A stretch of 63,944 nucleotides of DNA, the filler included, from Craspedostauros australis (taxonomy: Eukaryota), in the NCBI GenBank assembly GCA_030167865.1. It is 8 parts of 8 records of this genome, joined end to end, with 100 filler letters (N's around TTAATTAATTAA, not from the genome) between each part and the next. Parts side by side here need not be neighbours in the genome. Positions count along the whole stretch, not along the records: positions 9,270 to 27,249 come from JALAGF010004295.1; 7 more parts are not named here. One strand, 5' to 3'. Shown one piece after another: positions 12,301-23,476 of the stretch. A program made the position numbers and the translations under genes. The notes below the pieces were generated by a model, which was given only the letters and a program-made list of their open reading frames with translations, had not been told where the DNA came from and did not search any database. Position 1 is the stretch's first letter; every line of letters starts with the position of its first letter.

Positions 12301-14567
12301 TACACACAAAATCAACATCAAACTTCAACTACAAAAGAGCCGACGCAAGTCTTCTCATTGCTCGAAACCGTTTTCTCTCAGTTTGATCAAATCGCCAAAG
12401 CCAGGCGAGTGTTCAAGGTTGAGACTGTTGGGGACTGTTACGTGGCCGCCACCGGTATTCCGGAACCAAAGAAGGATCACGCCACCATCATGGTCCGTTT
12501 CGCACATGATATCCTCAAGCGGATGGATGTCCTTGTGAAGGGGTTGGAAATCACGCACGGTCCGGACACAGCCGATCTCTCCCTGCGCATCGGCATGCAC
12601 TCAGGACCGGTCACGGCCGGAGTGCTGCGCGGGGAACGTGCACGATTTCAGCTGTTTGGCGACACCATGAACACCGCATCTCGCATCGAAAACACCGGCG
12701 AGATTGGCCGCATCCATGTATCGAGAGAAACGGCGGAATGCGTGCGTCGGTGCGGCAAAGGATACTGGCTGGTGAAACGAGAGGAGAAGGTATACGCCAA
12801 AGGCAAGGGCGATATGCAAACGTGAGTTCGTGCGCTACTACTGTGACTGCCTTGAGTTCGCTCGAGAACTTTGAGGGTGCAGCAGATTACCAGCAACGCA
12901 CTGTCATATTCTATCGCACATCGTATATGCTTCTGATACTGATCCTGATACTGAAATTCGCACGTTCATTTCGCCTCCCCATCGCGGGAGACTCTCGCAC
13001 CCCTTTCCAATCTCACCCATTCATCTATCTATCCATCAATCCATCCATCCATCGACACATGCTAAAATTTCACACTGTGCATCGGGATCATCTCTTCTCT
13101 CAATCACACTCTCGCTACATACGTATATCTCTCAGATACTGGATTGCTCGCTCCCTTTCGCGTCCCAAAAACGGTTCCGTGACTGGTAGCTGCAGCAGTG
13201 ACATGGATGATGCCCACGATTCATTGGACAATGCAGAAGACCTTTCCTTGCTCGGCATCCAGCAACGAGTTAAATCCAGCGGCCTGGATGAAAAACAGCT
13301 GCGGCTGGTGGATTGGAATGTGGTGATGCTCACCCAGATCCTGCAACAAGTCGTCGCTCACAGACAAGCAGTCGGCCCCCAAGCACCTGCCATTTCAAGA
13401 AAGAAGGCGGACGAAGGCTCGCAGATTCAGCCGGCTATATTCATTCCGCTGGATGAAGTCTGCGAGATCGTCCATCTTCCAGAATTCAATCAGAAGGCCG
13501 CCCACGGCTCGGCATCGGCCAAGGGTGCCGCTCCAGCCATCGACCAGAGAGTTGTCGACCAGCTGCGATCCTTCGTGGAGGCCATTGCGGCCATGTACCA
13601 GGACAATCCCTTTCACAACTTCGAGCACGCATCGCACGTGACCATGTCCGTCATCAAGCTGCTTGCCCGCATCGTCGCCCCGTCCGATCTCGACTTCGCC
13701 GACAAAGGCAACGCAGCAGTCCCTGTTAGCAGCGGCAACAGCATCGCCAGTGGTAAAAGCAGCGCCATCAGCGGCAACATGAGCGCAAAGCACGTGGCTG
13801 CATCGCTGCACGACCACACCTACGGCATCACGTCGGATCCGCTGACGCAGTTCGCATGCGCATTCTCCGCCATGATTCATGACGTCGATCATCCAGGCGT
13901 CCCGAATGCCCAACTGATCAAGGAAAAGACGCGCGTTGCGGCCATCTACGACAACCGATCCGTTGCCGAACAGAACTCTTTGGTCCTGGCTTGGGATTTG
14001 TTCACATCCGACCAGTACGCCGACTTCCGCAACTGCCTTTGCGGCAACGAACAAGATCTGCAGCGCTTCCGACAGCTCGTTGTCAACGGAGTCATGGCGA
14101 CAGACATCGTGGACAAGGATCTGAAGCAGCTGAGGAACGGCCGCTGGGACAAGGCCTTCTCGGACAACACTTTCGACGAATCCACCAAGGACGCCACCGA
14201 CCGCAAGGCGACCATCGTCATCGAGCACTTGATTCAAGCCTCGGACGTTGCTCACACAATGCAGCACTGGCACGTGTACCGCAAGTGGAACGAGCGCTTC
14301 TTCAAGGAATGCTACGCGGCCTACCGCAGCGGCAGATCTGAAACGAACCCGGCCGACGGCTGGTACAAAGGAGAGATGGGCTTCTTCGACTTCTACATCA
14401 TCCCGTTGGCGAAGAAGCTGAAGGAATGCGGCGTGTTCGGCAAGTCCAGCGATGAATACTTGAACTACGCCATCGCCAACCGCGAGGAATGGGAACGCAG
14501 GGGGGAAGAGCTGGTGGCGACGATGACCGATGCGATGGATCAAAGCATTCGCAGCAACGAAGCATGA
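9372..14567 (+). CDS. Receptor-type guanylate cyclase-phosphodiesterase fusion (1219 aa); exons 9372-9734, 10094-10132, 10500-11337, 11629-12132, 12338-12821, 13136-14567
   Basis: All five introns are GT-AG and phase-consistent (3660 nt). Two TM segments flank a sensor region. Class III cyclase motifs LFADISGFT, KVETVGDCY, RIGMHSGPVTAGV, FQLFGDTMNTASR; class I PDE motifs PFHNFEH, IHDVDHPG, MATDI, QASDVAH. Confidence 0.95.
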
Positions 14568-15620
14568 GGAACACCTCGCTTCAGAGTAGGCCAGCCGTGC
14601 CGCGGAAGAAGAACTCGTAGCATGTGGCATGGTGCATGCTCTCATCGGATTCAAGTGCTTTAATATTTGGCAACTATTATATTACATTAGATTGCGTGCG
14701 AGTAGTTCGTCGGGAGCCATCTCCGCTCAGGAAGGAGAGTACTCTATCTCGTTTGGTGTTGGTATCATTGCCGATGATGTATTTATTATATGAAAGCCAA
14801 TCACGAAGCTCAGTGATCGAGGATCACGAATCAATCCAAATGGCGACACGTGATCAACAATCACGCCATCGAGTCTGCACTCAATCGTACTCTCGAGCTC
14901 GTGGAGCGCAGGAGTGAGCCAGCCCTTCCTCCGTTGCCCAAATCTAACACTCTGCTGGTGGAGCACGAAAGCTTCGAGGATACTCGTAAGTACCCGATCA
15001 AGACCCACGCGATCTGTACTAGTAGCCTCACATTTTACTATTGCACATGAGGAAGACAAAGAATTGCAATCTTCAATCATATTCTATATATAATAATATT
15101 CTACAATAGTTTGGATCATTGGTTACTTGTGAGAAGGTGTTCATTCGATTCGCTCAGAGGGAGGAACCGAGGCGGGGCCAGCGTTGCCAGGAACTTCGAC
15201 TGCCCGCCATCTATTGGTCTGATACATCAGTCAACACCGACACATCCTCGTCGTCGTCATCGCCACCGCCATTGTTACTGCCACTGCCTTCTCCACTTGT
15301 AGCCTTGCTCCGATCACTTGACATAAACGACGCAGCACCAGTACCTCCCTTGGATCTGTTGGGCCTACTGTGGGTATGCGAGTGTCAGGAATCGGGTGTT
15401 CTGAAACACGGAATTGACGCACCTCCCAAGAGTCAGGAGTTGAATATTATGATATTATACATTACCGCAACCCTACGTTTGATCTTTGTGACAGAAAACA
15501 ATGTGAGCTGCGCGTGTCTTGCGGTGGAGAACACCATGTGCCGAATGCAAACCGGACTGTAATGTTTGTGACCTCAATGCAGGAATGTGAATCACATATG
15601 TATGTTGCAGGGGGCAGGGA

Positions 15621-16173
15621 TGTTGGAATCATGACCAACATCATGATACACGCGACTACGGCTCCCATGTCGCATCCAATGAAAAAAGTACTGGAGGAAG
15701 GCCAATGTCACAAAGAGTGAGATGGCCTGTGAACGGATCAGTGATGATGAACCTGCAAAGAACCGGTGAAGTGATTGGTGAAGTGATCAGAGAAGCATCT
15801 GGGATGATCAGAGAGGCATCGGAGATGATTGGAGATGATCGGAGATGTGTGACGACAAGGAGCTGAATGAGCCCTCATCCAAGGCATTCCTGTGACGAAT
15901 GGGAGACCGCAATTCGATCGAATGAAACGAGCCATGTGATGCCTGCAACTCAGTGATGTCTAAGTCAACAAGACTATCAGTGGAGGACAACGTGTTTGTG
16001 TGCACGGACATGGGGCACTTGGTGGTGCATGCATGTCCATGATGAATTTGTAATGAACGCAAGATGAATGCATGCGAGACCAACTGATGGACCCATGGAG
16101 ATCTCAGGAGGAGATCGAACTTGGAAGTTGAGAGCAATGAAGAGCTCACAGTTCAGAGAAGTAGATTCTAACA
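15621..16173 (+). mobile_element. Putative LTR relic of an LTR retrotransposon (553 bp)
   Basis: Starts TGTTGGAATC and ends GATTCTAACA (9/10 inverted match, TG...CA). Immediately preceded by the purine tract GGGGGCAGGGA (PPT-like). TG/CA-rich, with internal GGAGATGAT repeats. No TSD. Confidence 0.55.
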
Positions 16174-16793
16174 AACGATTAGCTTTCTACTATCACACCA
16201 CCCCAGATTTCCAACAGGTACATGTCCCCATGCATACCATACACGCCTTTCTGCTCTTGGCACCTCTGAACCTGAGAGTATGTACCAGTGCGATGGTCGG
16301 ACTACGATCGCAGGCGCGCGACGTGATACGGTTTGTCTATTGTCTGTTTGTGACAACAACTGAGATAGCAGCTGTCAGTTGCAGTTTGCATTTCTTGTTG
16401 TTTGTGGACGTGTCTGTCTGTTTGTGCAAGAAGCAGTTTGCGTATTCTCGGTTTCTGCAAACGGCTGCCAAATGACAAGCGCGGCGAAGTCCTGTTTGAA
16501 GTCGTTCGTGATTGGCCGAATCCAACGTGAACGTTCTTGACCACATCAACAAGCGAAAGTACATGGGAGAACTCGTGCGCCGCAGGAACCCCAAGATCCA
16601 AAGATCTCTGGCTTGCGTCGATGATCACACAGCAACAACCACACACACATCCACAATCGTAAATCAATAATCCCCACAATCTCGGCAAGAGCCACAAGAA
16701 TCACAATCACGCCAAGCAACAACACAAGACAAAGACCAATAGATCAAGCCGAAGCAGGCCCGATTGCACCGGATTGACCGTCTGGGATCAACC

Positions 16794-17258
16794 ATGACGA
16801 CATTGCGGATCGAGACAGAGCTGGGGATCATCGGTCTCAGACTACGCCCCGACGCGGCGCCTACCACGGTGCGGCACATCGCAGAGGCCGTCCGACTGGG
16901 ATTGTACGATGGCAATGCCTGCTGCTTCTACCGCTCCGACTTTGTCATTCAATGCGGGTTGCACGGCACCAACCGCAGGCATCCGAACGGAGATCTGCCG
17001 GTCAATGAGACCAACCACGGCGCGGTCTTGACAAACGCACGTGGCACCGTCGCGGTGGCGCACTTTGATGTTCCCGACAATGGCAGCACGGAATTCTTCA
17101 TCAATCTGCAGCACAATGCCCATCTGGACACTGCGTACGGTGGATACTGCGTGTTCGCGCAGGTGGATGGCGCAGCCTCGTTCGGCGTCGTCGATGCGAT
17201 CGCGGCGAGCATCAAGCAAGGAAGGAAGGTGAAGATCTCTGCAATGGCGCTTGTATGA
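16794..17258 (+). CDS. Cyclophilin-type peptidyl-prolyl cis-trans isomerase (154 aa)
   Basis: IETELGII, APTTV, GLYDG, FYRSDFVIQCG, NARGTVAVA, STEFFINL, HLD..YCVFAQV. Confidence 0.9.
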   Translation: MTTLRIETELGIIGLRLRPDAAPTTVRHIAEAVRLGLYDGNACCFYRSDFVIQCGLHGTNRRHPNGDLPVNETNHGAVLTNARGTVAVAHFDVPDNGSTEFFINLQHNAHLDTAYGGYCVFAQVDGAASFGVVDAIAASIKQGRKVKISAMALV

Positions 17259-17832
17259 CGCTTGTATGACGCTTGCATGAAGAACATTGATGAGGACTCT
17301 CTCCATGGTGGAGTACAATGTGCACATTGGTCATCGAGTGGATTGAGAGCAACGAAGGCGAGAAAGACTGTTCTCGATACAGACAGGCCAGAGAGAATGA
17401 GAGGCAAGTGACGATTTACATTGCCATGTCGAAAGACGAACGCATTCCAGTGCACATAACAGTCGAATGCGACAATCTGCCATGAATGTATGCGTGCTAT
17501 CATCTATCGTGAAGGTTGCTATTTTACTTCGTCGCGACTATTGTCTCTGCGTTTGCTTCGCTATGGTACTTGTTCTGTTGCGTGCTTTGTGTGAGAGTCT
17601 GTGTGTGGCATGGTGGTATCTGTGCGCCCGTGCATGCGGTGGTATGGCAATCAACCACAGTTGTTGTGGTTTCGCTGTTGATCTTTTGTATGTATTTGGT
17701 ACATGGATGTGGTGTGTTGGTACGGATATGCTATGGTACGGTTGCTTCCTTTCGTGCTGCCTTGAGTGTGTCTGCGCTGATTCATTGGCGACGTGTCAAG
17801 GGAACAGTCGATGTTGATGCCTCATTCTTATC

Positions 17833-18621
17833 TTAGTCAGCGTACGATTCTGAATGAGCGGTGGAATGGATAGAGAAGGAGAACTGCGGTGCGCCGTCGA
17901 GGTAGCACGAACTGTCATCGAAGAGGTCGCTTCTGGAATCCATGGTGATCTCAAAGGCAGGATTGAACTCCATCGTCCCCGTCTCGATGGACCCGCAGCC
18001 GTCGATGCGTGAGTCGTCTTCGTCGTCGTAGGATATTGAGTATTCTGTTTCATGGTAGACCGTGCCCAGCAGCGCCAATGAGTCGAGGTCGTTGTCGGAG
18101 GACGTCGTGGAGTTCTCGTAGGCTTCCAGATTCAGCGGCAGGGGGCTTCGTGGCTGTTGCTGCAGTTTCATCTGTCGCATTCGTTCGATTTCTCGCTGTT
18201 GCTCAATGTATGTATTCTCCTGCATGTTCTCCGCCATACTCGATTCCGCCGTTCCGCCATCGATGCTGGTGGTCGCCATGCCGAGGATCTGATCGTCCGT
18301 GGGCGAGTCCATCATCTGATGCAGCGGTTTCTTCGCGGTTTGCGAATTCTTCTTCGAGAAGCAATTGAGACGCTGCAGGATGGATCGTTTCTTGGTGTCG
18401 TCGTGGTCGTTGAAGATATGCTTGTTCTTGTTGCTGTTGTTCTTGCCGTTGTGACGGTGAAACACCTCATCTTCCGCAGATGGATTGGGTGACATCGTGC
18501 CACCGGAATTGTCCAACGATGTATCATCGCCCGACGCCGCCGACAGCTCCAAGTGGCCCGTCTTGGTGCGCCGCTGCTTCTTGCGTGAGAGCCGTTGGCG
18601 GAGTGCGCGGAACATCTTCAT
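17833..18621 (-). CDS. Hypothetical protein (262 aa), basic N-terminus and acidic C-terminus
   Basis: Open frame from MKMFRALRQRLSRKK with coding-like composition; divergently oriented to RPS10. No family recognised. Confidence 0.6.
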   Translation of the reverse strand: MKMFRALRQRLSRKKQRRTKTGHLELSAASGDDTSLDNSGGTMSPNPSAEDEVFHRHNGKNNSNKNKHIFNDHDDTKKRSILQRLNCFSKKNSQTAKKPLHQMMDSPTDDQILGMATTSIDGGTAESSMAENMQENTYIEQQREIERMRQMKLQQQPRSPLPLNLEAYENSTTSSDNDLDSLALLGTVYHETEYSISYDDEDDSRIDGCGSIETGTMEFNPAFEITMDSRSDLFDDSSCYLDGAPQFSFSIHSTAHSESYAD

Positions 18622-19376
18622 CTCTGCTGCTGCTGCTGCTGCTGCCGAAGTGTATTGTTGGTTGATCGGTGCGATGGAAAGGAATGCAACGGTGCGTCGT
18701 GTTTCTGTTGGTTGTGTGTCGCCACTGATTGTGTCTCCAGCGCGTTTTCGTTGGCGGCGATGCAAAATTTTGTGGCGCTGCCGAGTCGCGGCGATGGGTG
18801 CATTTGAGACGAGCAGAGATTGGAGAAGAGGAGATGTCCATCTGGCGATGACTTGTGAAAAGTGGGGCGTAACACACTGGGACAGAGAACGGAGGCATGG
18901 AGGAGCGCGATTTGTTTTTTTGGCGCCTTTTGTGACCAAGTTGGACTGTCTCCGGAAAGGACATGTCCGTCACACGCACACCCCACCTCGCCAACAAAGA
19001 TTGATTGCATATGTATTGGCGTACAAGTATTGTCTTATGCGACATTAACACGAACACTATCGATGGCGATGAATCGCCGACCAATCCCGGTATCTTCCAT
19101 TCGACTGACTCATTGGATTGCATCGTCTGAGCCTACCGATTACTATTCCATCGAAACGTCGGACAGACGGCGAATGAAAACAATCGCAACGTTGAGGCGT
19201 TGCCTCCAACGAAGGCGAAGAGACAAGGTCGCGATCAACCTCCGTGGACAGCCGCAACAACAGACCCACCCGTTGGCGACCTCCGTCAACTTCGATGCAC
19301 ACACACAACCAACAATCCTTTTTCGTGTTTTGCAAAATACGACGAGCATCCCAAACGCCACCGACAACCGTCCACC

Positions 19377-19784
19377 ATGTTCATTCCCAAGGAAAACCGC
19401 ATCGCTGTCTTCTCGTACCTCTTCCAGGAGGGCGTCTGCGTCGTGAAGAAGGACCCAAAGCCTGCCACGCACCCGCACATCGAGGGACCCACCAACCTCG
19501 AGGTGCTCATGCTCATGAAGTCCCTGCAATCCAAGGGGTTCATCCGCATCACCTTCTCCTGGCAGTACAACTACTGCTACCTGACCGACGAAGGTATTGA
19601 ATACCTCCGCTCGTACTTGGCCCTACCGGCCGAGATCGTCCCAGCCACCCACAAGAAGACCAACGCCCGTCCAGAGGGCCGCGATCGTGAGGAGGAGCGT
19701 CCGGCCTTCAACCGCGGAGGCGGCGGCGGAGGATTCGGACGCGGCGGCGGTGGCGGAGGATTCGGACGCGGAGGCGGAATCTAA
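19377..19784 (+). CDS. RPS10: 40S ribosomal protein S10 (eS10)
   Basis: MFIPKENRIAVFSYLFQEGVCVVKKD...NLEVLMLMKSLQSKG...FSWQ..YCYLTDEGIEYLRSYLALPAEIVPAT, followed by an RGG tail. Confidence 0.97.
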   Translation: MFIPKENRIAVFSYLFQEGVCVVKKDPKPATHPHIEGPTNLEVLMLMKSLQSKGFIRITFSWQYNYCYLTDEGIEYLRSYLALPAEIVPATHKKTNARPEGRDREEERPAFNRGGGGGGFGRGGGGGGFGRGGGI

Positions 19785-20276
19785 GTCTCCCTCCGGATCT
19801 GAGCAAAGCCAATGGATGAAGCGGTGCCTCTTGTCGGCGACATCGGGAACAGAGATTGCCACCGACCACGCGTAGCTCTAGCATGCATAGGGGATATGCA
19901 TGTAGCACTGAGTTGCAACAGGCGGCGGTCACTAAATCGATAGCTAAACAGGGGTTACTTCATTTCTATTTTATGTACAATACGTTACATGGCGCTTCCA
20001 CCTCATCGATTATACGTACTCGTGCGCTGGAAAAGTGCTGTATGTCATGTGGACGTCGTGAAGGAAGCGAGCACACCATACCACCAGCATGGGGTTGGCG
20101 GCTGATGCTTTCGCAACCACCCATTCGTGCGATGATCCCAAACATGCTCACAATTCATCCACCATTTGAATTCTTTGGAATTTGTGCGGATCACTCATGA
20201 CACAAAACCAAACAAGCACCAGCACCAGCACCAGCATCCACTCTACCAATACTCTAGTGCACTTCCTCACTCAACC

Positions 20277-22130
20277 ATGCCATCCATACAGGTGCCTTTG
20301 GCGGCTACTCTTCCGAAGCCAAGCATCATGCCAACATACCCTGTCGGCACATCGTTGCCGACGATGGTCAAGCCATCAACAACAGGCATCGCTCCCGCCA
20401 CAAGTACTGTAAACAGTGACACTGCCAGCGCGACAGCGTCGTCAACGACGACAGCGACAAGTACACATGATCCCATCCACATCTCCATCATGAGCATGAA
20501 CCTCCTCGCACCAGCCTACGTGCGTCCCATAGACAAGCGCACAGGTCAGATCCAGCCATTTGCCGCATTCGAATGGATCCAAGACAGCAGCTTCCTGGAT
20601 TGGGATCACCGACAATCCAAGATCGTCGACATCCTCTCCCATTCGCAGGCCAGCGTCATTTGCTTGCAGGAACTGCAGGTCGAACGCGATGTCACGTCAT
20701 CGCATCTCGGCCTGCCGCAATGGTTGACGGATTTCGTCGCGCACCATGGATACGATGCCTTCCTGCCACCGCAGGCGGAGCTGGAATCCTTGGCGCAACG
20801 CAATGTGCGCGTGCTGGATGCCGATGTGGCCGTCACGTGCGCCGTGCTCGTGCAGCAACTGGCTTGCGGATGGAAACCCGTGCGCGGATTGCCGGGCGAT
20901 ACGACGACGGCGGTGTCGGTGTGTTTGGAGTATTGCGCGTCGCGCGGTGAGGATGCGAACGATGGTGACGCAGCAGCGGTCACTGTGGATCCCATCATCG
21001 TGTCCTCGGTTCATTTGGATGCCACCAACGAGAAGAAGCGCGTATCGCAGCTCATGAAGTGCTTGGGACGATCCAGAATACTGTTGGATGCAGCGAGTGC
21101 GACAGATGCGACAAGTACAGCAAATGGAGCAAATACAGCGAATGTGACGACAAACGGCACTGCCGCCCATCCGCCGCACGCGAAGAAATCGTTGACATGC
21201 ATCATGGCAGGCGATATGAATGCCGAATTCATGCCCGGTTCTTGCATCGAAGCCGTCTTGGTTGACCGGCAATTCCAGCATCGCACGGACGAGCAGCTGC
21301 ACGAACAGTGCGCCGCAGCGTTGCGATTGAAATCCAAAGCTCCGCCAACGCCGGGGCAGCTCAAGGATTGGAAGAAGGTGCGCAATGAAGCCATCACGTC
21401 GACGCGGGATCTATGCGTCTCCATGCAGCGTGTGCCGACGCAAGGCACGCGGTCGGGGCATGAACATTTTGATGAAGACTGCGACGATGAACAGAGCAAG
21501 CCCGATGCCAATGGCAATGACAATGGCGGAACCATGGAGCAGATGGATACGGATTCTGCCAAGCCGCCAACGAAGAAGACGCCCAGCATGATGCAATGGA
21601 AGCTTGATCATATGCTGTACACGCAAGATCGCTTGAAACCGCTGGGGCGTTGGTCGACATTGGAGGAGGAGGACGTGGCCCGCAGATTTGGTCTGCCAAC
21701 CGCGACGATACCATCCGATCACATGCCGATCGCATCCGTCTTTGAGGTTGTGCCCAGCGTGCAGTTGGACCCGGACAAACGAGAACGATTGATCGCAACC
21801 ATGGAACAGCTCGCGCAACAGCACAAAGGTGAGAATAAGGCCATGGAGGATGCCATCGACAAACAGATCGATGTAATCGAAGCAGCGTTGGGTGGCGAAC
21901 TTGCTGAGGCAACGCAACCCAACCAACGCAAACGCAAGAAGCGCAACTCGAAGCCGCCGGAGGAGGTCATGGAATTGATGCGACAGAAACGCACGCGCAA
22001 ACGTGAGCTCAAAGCTCAGCATAAGGAAGCCAGGGCGGCGTTCGTTGCGGAACTCAGCAACCAAGAACGATTGGTGGTGCAAGAGACCTTCAACATCTCA
22101 GCAAGCACTTGGGCGGGTCGAGGGGCTTGA
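20277..22130 (+). CDS. EEP-superfamily hydrolase (CCR4/nocturnin/Angel/PDE12-like)
   Basis: SMNLLA, ICLQELQ, SVHL, AGDMNA, LDHMLY, PSDHMPI motifs; C-terminal basic coiled-coil. Confidence 0.9.
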   Translation: MPSIQVPLAATLPKPSIMPTYPVGTSLPTMVKPSTTGIAPATSTVNSDTASATASSTTTATSTHDPIHISIMSMNLLAPAYVRPIDKRTGQIQPFAAFEWIQDSSFLDWDHRQSKIVDILSHSQASVICLQELQVERDVTSSHLGLPQWLTDFVAHHGYDAFLPPQAELESLAQRNVRVLDADVAVTCAVLVQQLACGWKPVRGLPGDTTTAVSVCLEYCASRGEDANDGDAAAVTVDPIIVSSVHLDATNEKKRVSQLMKCLGRSRILLDAASATDATSTANGANTANVTTNGTAAHPPHAKKSLTCIMAGDMNAEFMPGSCIEAVLVDRQFQHRTDEQLHEQCAAALRLKSKAPPTPGQLKDWKKVRNEAITSTRDLCVSMQRVPTQGTRSGHEHFDEDCDDEQSKPDANGNDNGGTMEQMDTDSAKPPTKKTPSMMQWKLDHMLYTQDRLKPLGRWSTLEEEDVARRFGLPTATIPSDHMPIASVFEVVPSVQLDPDKRERLIATMEQLAQQHKGENKAMEDAIDKQIDVIEAALGGELAEATQPNQRKRKKRNSKPPEEVMELMRQKRTRKRELKAQHKEARAAFVAELSNQERLVVQETFNISASTWAGRGA

Positions 22131-22480
22131 CGTGAGCGTAGTTGTGACATGCAACAGGAAAAGAGCGCCGCGTTGCACTGCGCGTCAGGGCATCAAGAAT
22201 AGTATCGCCATGGTTTCGGTCCAAATAAATCAAGCCGTTGTTTTGGAAGCAGTATGAAGTTGTGGTTACAGTAAAACTCACTGTGCCATGTTCGAAGACG
22301 CTGCTCGCTGCAGCCCGACCAGCATGGTTGTAGATGCCGAGAGACGGCAAAGGTAGTTACTCTACTCTATGGGTGTTTTACATGCATTTTGTATTTAAAA
22401 ACAAGCTCATTGGGCACAAACCCACGACAGACTTAGACCAGGTCCACAAGCTCAACGAGCGGGCAACTTTACACATTCAT

Positions 22481-23476
22481 TCATTCATTTCCATCAGCTT
22501 CGCATGTATCACCCAGCACCTTGTACACGTTCAGGTAGTATGCTGGATAGACCATGCGCATCAGGAAAGGAAACCAGGTCAGCAGGAAGCCGAAAGGAAA
22601 GTCGATCTTTGCTGCGATTTCCTTTGGTGGGTTGAAGAAGTTCTTTGATTCCATCAACTTGAGCTTGCCGTTCGTCCACTGCTCAACCTCTGCAGGATCA
22701 TCACACTTCCAACGAAACCAGGATTCCTGGGACAGGTGCTTCATCAGGTCGCTCTTTGCTTGCCCGTCAACCATCTTGGTGCCTGTCGTGTCCATGATGA
22801 TCGTGGTTGTGGGATCAGGGAAGTTTTCGATGATCTGAAGAATGGTCTTCTGAACCAGCTCCTTCTCCAGGTAGATAATGACAGCCTCTGACACGAAACA
22901 GTACGGACCACCGGTCTGCTGCACCGTCTCGATCCAGTCCGTGTCCACGATGCTGGCTGCGATGGTCGTGCGACGTGGTTCATCGTCAAAGAAGTTGCGA
23001 CGCAGTGCCATGGTATCCGGCAGATCCAGATCGAACCATTGCACCTGTCCGTTATCCAGACGTTCGAAGCGGGTGTTGAGGCCACTCCCGATCTCGATGA
23101 CGGTACCGGTGGGATGGTCATCCAGAAAGGATTGGACGAATTCATCCATCATGAGAGTTCGCATGGCACAGTAGCTCGCGCTCGGAGCAGACTCCCACTT
23201 TGTGAAATCGTAGTTGAGCTGTTCGATGATCTCGACCGACTTGGGATCGTAGATGATGCCTTTGTCCTTGCCCTTGCGCGTTTCCATGGCCCGGCTTGTC
23301 AGCGGAATGAGCAAGGTCTCCTGCACTGCTCCCAATTCTGGCGTGATGTCTTTGTGTGGAGTTTGATTGCCCTGTGAGCTGGCTTTCGGGTCCGTTGTTC
23401 TGTCCGTGCCTGATGTCTTGGTTGAGGTGGGCACCACGGTCGGGTCGACGACTTCTGCTGCTACGTTGGATACCAT
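22481..23476 (-). CDS. Class I SAM-dependent O-methyltransferase, LCM/TcmP-like
   Basis: VQETLLIPL, RTLMMD, VIEIGSGLNTRFERLDNG, WFDLDLPD..LRRNFF, FVSEAVIIYL; intronless. Confidence 0.9.
   Translation of the reverse strand: MVSNVAAEVVDPTVVPTSTKTSGTDRTTDPKASSQGNQTPHKDITPELGAVQETLLIPLTSRAMETRKGKDKGIIYDPKSVEIIEQLNYDFTKWESAPSASYCAMRTLMMDEFVQSFLDDHPTGTVIEIGSGLNTRFERLDNGQVQWFDLDLPDTMALRRNFFDDEPRRTTIAASIVDTDWIETVQQTGGPYCFVSEAVIIYLEKELVQKTILQIIENFPDPTTTIIMDTTGTKMVDGQAKSDLMKHLSQESWFRWKCDDPAEVEQWTNGKLKLMESKNFFNPPKEIAAKIDFPFGFLLTWFPFLMRMVYPAYYLNVYKVLGDTCEADGNE

Noticed and set aside
12738..13135. N-terminal part of the 609-aa PDE ORF
   Set aside because: It is off-frame exon 5 sequence followed by intron 5; the true exon starts at 13136.
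13395..14654. 419-aa antisense ORF (also 10383-11354, 46530-47342 and similar)
   Set aside because: Shadow ORFs opposite real genes with biased codon usage.
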